DNA of 64,000 nucleotides from Alphaproteobacteria bacterium (GTDB lineage Bacteria; Pseudomonadota; Alphaproteobacteria; Rickettsiales; UBA1997): NCBI GenBank assembly GCA_014190355.1, contig BJGH01000003.1, positions 2,893 to 66,892 of the forward strand, read 5' to 3'. Shown piece by piece: positions 61,032 to 64,000 of this stretch (position 1 is its first letter; each line of letters starts with the position of its first letter). The notes under the pieces were generated by a model. It saw only the letters and a program-made list of their open reading frames with translations, ran no database searches and was not told where the DNA came from. The position numbers and the translations under genes were made by a program.

Positions 61032-61721
61032 TTAATTTCGATGATGATTGCCGTGGTTTGAAGAATTTCTATTTCTTCTTGACTTTCTTTTACGATGATT
61101 GTTGGAATCTCGATGATTAAAGTTACGATGATGTTTTTTATGGGAAAAATTATTAGCTTTTTTTATTCCTAATAATTTTTTGATCTTTCCAATTAACGAT
61201 GCTAACAATCCTAGCTTTTTAGTTTTAAAATCTTGAGGATTTGATGGCAATTCATTTTCATCCTTATTTTTGAATTGGTCTTTATTTTCATTGCCATGAG
61301 ATCGTTGATGTTGATAACGATTCTTTCCCTGACGATGTTGATGATTTCTATGATTTGAATCATTCTTATCTTCAAAATTAACCTTGGTATTTTGATTAAC
61401 CAATTCTTCCTTTTTTTCAAAATTACTGGTATTAACTGATTCGGTTTTTTCAATATTAAGATCCGAGTCATCGCGATTTTTAGATTGCAAATCACTATGC
61501 GATTTTAAGTTAGACTCTGATTGATTATGATTATTTGGTCGATCATTAATTTTATTAACAGCGTTGTTAGACGATATTTTAAATGGAAGGTTGTTAATTA
61601 CTTGAACTGGTTTGGGGTTGTCAGATCTTTCGCTTTTTTTTGTTTGATTATCACGACCAGAAGAAATTTTTCTTGCAACAAAATTGTTGCTTGTCGTGTT
61701 TTGATTATTATTAGATTTCAT
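61032..61721 (-). CDS. Highly basic Asn/His/Arg/Lys-rich low-complexity protein
   Basis: A 229-aa ORF with a predicted amphipathic segment KKLGLLASLIGKIKKLLGIKK and the tail HKKHHRNFNHRDSNNHRKRKSRRNRNSSNHGNHHRN. Confidence 0.45.
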   Translation of the reverse strand: MKSNNNQNTTSNNFVARKISSGRDNQTKKSERSDNPKPVQVINNLPFKISSNNAVNKINDRPNNHNQSESNLKSHSDLQSKNRDDSDLNIEKTESVNTSNFEKKEELVNQNTKVNFEDKNDSNHRNHQHRQGKNRYQHQRSHGNENKDQFKNKDENELPSNPQDFKTKKLGLLASLIGKIKKLLGIKKANNFSHKKHHRNFNHRDSNNHRKRKSRRNRNSSNHGNHHRN

Positions 61722-61862
61722 TATTTTTTTTAAATATATTTTTAATTATGACGAGGTTAATTATCTTTAAATACCATAAATGTTTATAAACTAGTTTACC
61801 AAAATTATTAAATAAATTAGCAGTTTAAGATTAGTTAAGATTTGTTTAAAAATAACAAATTT

Positions 61863-63293
61863 TTATTTGTTACTAAGAGGAATTATTTCAGCAATTTTAA
61901 GGACTATTCTTTCACTAACACCCTGATTTTGAATAAGAATTTTAGATGCTTTTTTAGCATAATCTTGAGCTATTTTTTTTCCACTTAAAAAATCTTTAAC
62001 AGTTAAATAAAGTTCAGTTTTGTTTTTAACAATTATTGCCGATTTTTTGTCAACCAATTCATGATAAATTTCAGCAAAATTTGCCACACCCTCACCTGAT
62101 ATTACTGCACAATTTTGTTTTATTGCTTCAAATGGATTATGTCCGCCTATGTCGAATAATGACCCTGCAATAAAAGCAAATCCTGCTATATTATAAAAGA
62201 TAGCAAGCTCATTTAAGGTGTCAACTAAATAAAGACTGGTTTGTTGATCAATAACCTGATTTAAACTGCGCGTAGCATATTTTAAATTGCTCGCCAGATC
62301 TTGAACCTCTTTTATTCGATTGGGATGACGCAAAACTATTATTGTTAACAGATCTGGGAAATCTTTTAAAAGTTGTTTATGAATATTGATAATAATTTGC
62401 TCTTCACCGCGATGAGTTGAGGCACATAGCCAAATTGGACGATTGTTAATCTGATTTTTTAATTGCTCCAAAATATCACTTGGTATATTTGAACTGTTGT
62501 TAAGTTGGGCCTTAAGATTTCCACAAAATAAAACATGCTTTGAAGTTAAACTTTGCATTTTAGTTTGCTCTTCTTGACTCTGAGCAATTATTAATGAAAA
62601 ATAATCAAAAATATTAAATCCTAATTTTTTTATTTTTTTCCAAGATTTTAAAGATTTTTGTGAAATTCGAGCATTTACCAAAAAAACATTTATAGCTCTT
62701 GCTCTGGCAGTTGTTATAAAGTTGGGCCAAATGTCAGATTCAATGAAAATTATTGCTCTTGGTTGCCAAAAATTGAGAAATTTTTTGACTAAAAAATCAA
62801 CATCTAGAGGTAAAAATTGATGAATAATCTTATCTTGGTAATTAAGAATTTTTTTTGCAATCACTTGAGCAGATGTTACAGTTGTTGTAGTAATTAAAAT
62901 TTGACATTTATCAGAAAATTTTAATAACTCTTCAGCCAAAACCAAAGCAGTATTCGCCTCGCCAACACTAACAGCATTTATCCAAATCAATTGAGCATCG
63001 GCAATTTTAGATTTTTTTATATTGCGTGAAACAAATCCAAATCTTTCAAAAATTCTTAGCGGATCTTCTTTGCCACGAAGTAATCGGTATATTAAAATAA
63101 TAACAAGTAAGGGCAAGGTTAAAATTAAAGTTAAACGATAGAAAAATAACCAAATTTTTTGTAGCGAATCTAAATTATTTCTGCAATAAGCACAGATTGA
63201 CTTAGTAATTTTAAGCAAATAATTCCAAAATAAAATTAAAATTACTTTTAAGTTTTTTTTAATTACCTCAATAAACTTTGATCTATCAATCAT
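61863..63293 (-). CDS. waaA: 3-deoxy-D-manno-octulosonic acid (Kdo) transferase
   Basis: ERFGF, WINAVSVGEANTA and GGHNPFEAI. It carries an N-terminal extension of about 45 aa relative to typical WaaA. Confidence 0.88.
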   Translation of the reverse strand: MIDRSKFIEVIKKNLKVILILFWNYLLKITKSICAYCRNNLDSLQKIWLFFYRLTLILTLPLLVIILIYRLLRGKEDPLRIFERFGFVSRNIKKSKIADAQLIWINAVSVGEANTALVLAEELLKFSDKCQILITTTTVTSAQVIAKKILNYQDKIIHQFLPLDVDFLVKKFLNFWQPRAIIFIESDIWPNFITTARARAINVFLVNARISQKSLKSWKKIKKLGFNIFDYFSLIIAQSQEEQTKMQSLTSKHVLFCGNLKAQLNNSSNIPSDILEQLKNQINNRPIWLCASTHRGEEQIIINIHKQLLKDFPDLLTIIVLRHPNRIKEVQDLASNLKYATRSLNQVIDQQTSLYLVDTLNELAIFYNIAGFAFIAGSLFDIGGHNPFEAIKQNCAVISGEGVANFAEIYHELVDKKSAIIVKNKTELYLTVKDFLSGKKIAQDYAKKASKILIQNQGVSERIVLKIAEIIPLSNK

Positions 63294-64000
63294 TAAAAAC
63301 CTCCAGCATTTTTTATAAAAAAATTTTTTATTTTTTTGCTTGAATTAATAACACCCAAACCCAAATCTCTTATAATCGCCAGACTTAAACTATCACTTTC
63401 AAAAATACTATTTAAAACATCAGTAGCTAATAACATCTTCTTACTAGTAATTCGAAATGATTTGTGGTAATTCTCTAAAAATAATTGATCAGTAAAATCA
63501 AGTCCACATGAAATATTTTTTTGTAATAATTCTTGTAAAATTTCAATGCCTGTAATTGCTAAATTAAAACCCTGTCCAGCAATTGGATGAATTCCACATC
63601 CTGCATCACCAATTAAAATAGCATTTTTATAATAGAATTTTTGGGCTTCGACCAATGTTAATGGGTAAGAAAATTTCTCAGAAATAACCTGACATTTACC
63701 TAAACAAAACTCCATTTTTTTGTGAAGTTGTTGTAAGAAATTATCTTGATCTAGATCTTTAATTACCTCAGCTTGGTTATTTTTGGCAATCCAAACAATT
63801 GAGGACTGATGCTGATCTTGCAAAGGAAGAATTGCCAGTGGCCCACCTCGAAGAAATTTTTCATAAGCAACATTTTGATGCGGTAATTGATGGTTAATTT
63901 TAAAAACCATGGCAATTTGTTGATAATTTTTTGTACGAGTTGGAATTGAAAAATATTCACGAAGTTTAGAAAATCTGCCATCGCAAACTAGCAGTAATTT
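63293..64000 (-). CDS. UbiH/UbiF/Coq6-family FAD-dependent hydroxylase; the 5' end lies outside the window
   Basis: The frame is open from position 64000: KLLLVCDGRFSKLREYF ... GGPLAILPL ... IGDAGCGIHPIAGQGFNLAITG. The stop overlaps the waaA start (TAATG). Confidence 0.85.
   Translation of the reverse strand, partial: KLLLVCDGRFSKLREYFSIPTRTKNYQQIAMVFKINHQLPHQNVAYEKFLRGGPLAILPLQDQHQSSIVWIAKNNQAEVIKDLDQDNFLQQLHKKMEFCLGKCQVISEKFSYPLTLVEAQKFYYKNAILIGDAGCGIHPIAGQGFNLAITGIEILQELLQKNISCGLDFTDQLFLENYHKSFRITSKKMLLATDVLNSIFESDSLSLAIIRDLGLGVINSSKKIKNFFIKNAGGF

Noticed and set aside
63763-63981. 72-aa track ORF suggesting a frameshift at the 5' end of the ubiH-family gene.
   Set aside because: My translation shows that the ubiH-family frame is continuously open from 64000 (KLLLVCDGRFSKLREYF...) through the listed Met at 63910. 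The gene is simply cut by the window edge, and the 72-aa ORF is out of frame.

Overview
This is a dense, almost entirely protein-coding 64 kb chromosomal segment from a very AT-rich genome (roughly 30% G+C by eye, not computed). I infer a reduced-genome, host-associated alphaproteobacterium of Rickettsiales/Holosporales type. That inference rests on virB3, a membrane-anchored CycM-type cytochrome c, HemJ, the alphaproteobacterial TIGR02186/Alph_Pro_TM protein, an RNase E with an insertion in its S1 domain, a fragmented nuo operon, and many Asn/Lys-rich orphan proteins. There are about 55 CDS. Housekeeping genes include murJ, pepF, proB, trmD, alaC-like and aatA-like aminotransferases, aspS, coaX, RNase J, an alaS fragment, nuoHIJK, rne, cutA, greA, ahcY, prs, cycM, hemJ, ftsH, dnaN, recF, panE, pepP, radA, waaA and a ubiH-family gene. 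Interspersed are envelope and secretion genes: GT4 and GT61 glycosyltransferases, a lipoprotein/OmpA-like cluster, a ShlB/FhaC-type TpsB transporter, a type IV pilin, a prepilin peptidase and virB3. There are also lineage-specific secreted or low-complexity proteins. I found no rRNA, tRNA, CRISPR array, transposase or integrase. The most notable observations are: (1) a virB3 gene followed not by virB4 but by an 898-aa acidic, internally duplicated orphan protein with its own strong hairpin terminator; (2) an intact alaS ORF that lacks the whole class II aminoacylation domain, so the gene may be split; (3) a pilin locus with a non-canonical Ala at -1 of the prepilin cleavage site, a perfect 17-bp inverted repeat flanking 104 bp upstream of the pilin gene, and a decayed pilin paralog broken at an A7 tract; (4) an orphan TpsB transporter coupled to proB; (5) a beta-carbonic-anhydrase homolog that has lost its zinc ligands; (6) an orphan-gene islet with a DUF4116-repeat protein where nuoLMN would be expected; (7) a perfect 96-bp tandem duplication of the pepP start region. 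All functional calls come from my own motif and family recognition on translated ORFs. No database search was run.
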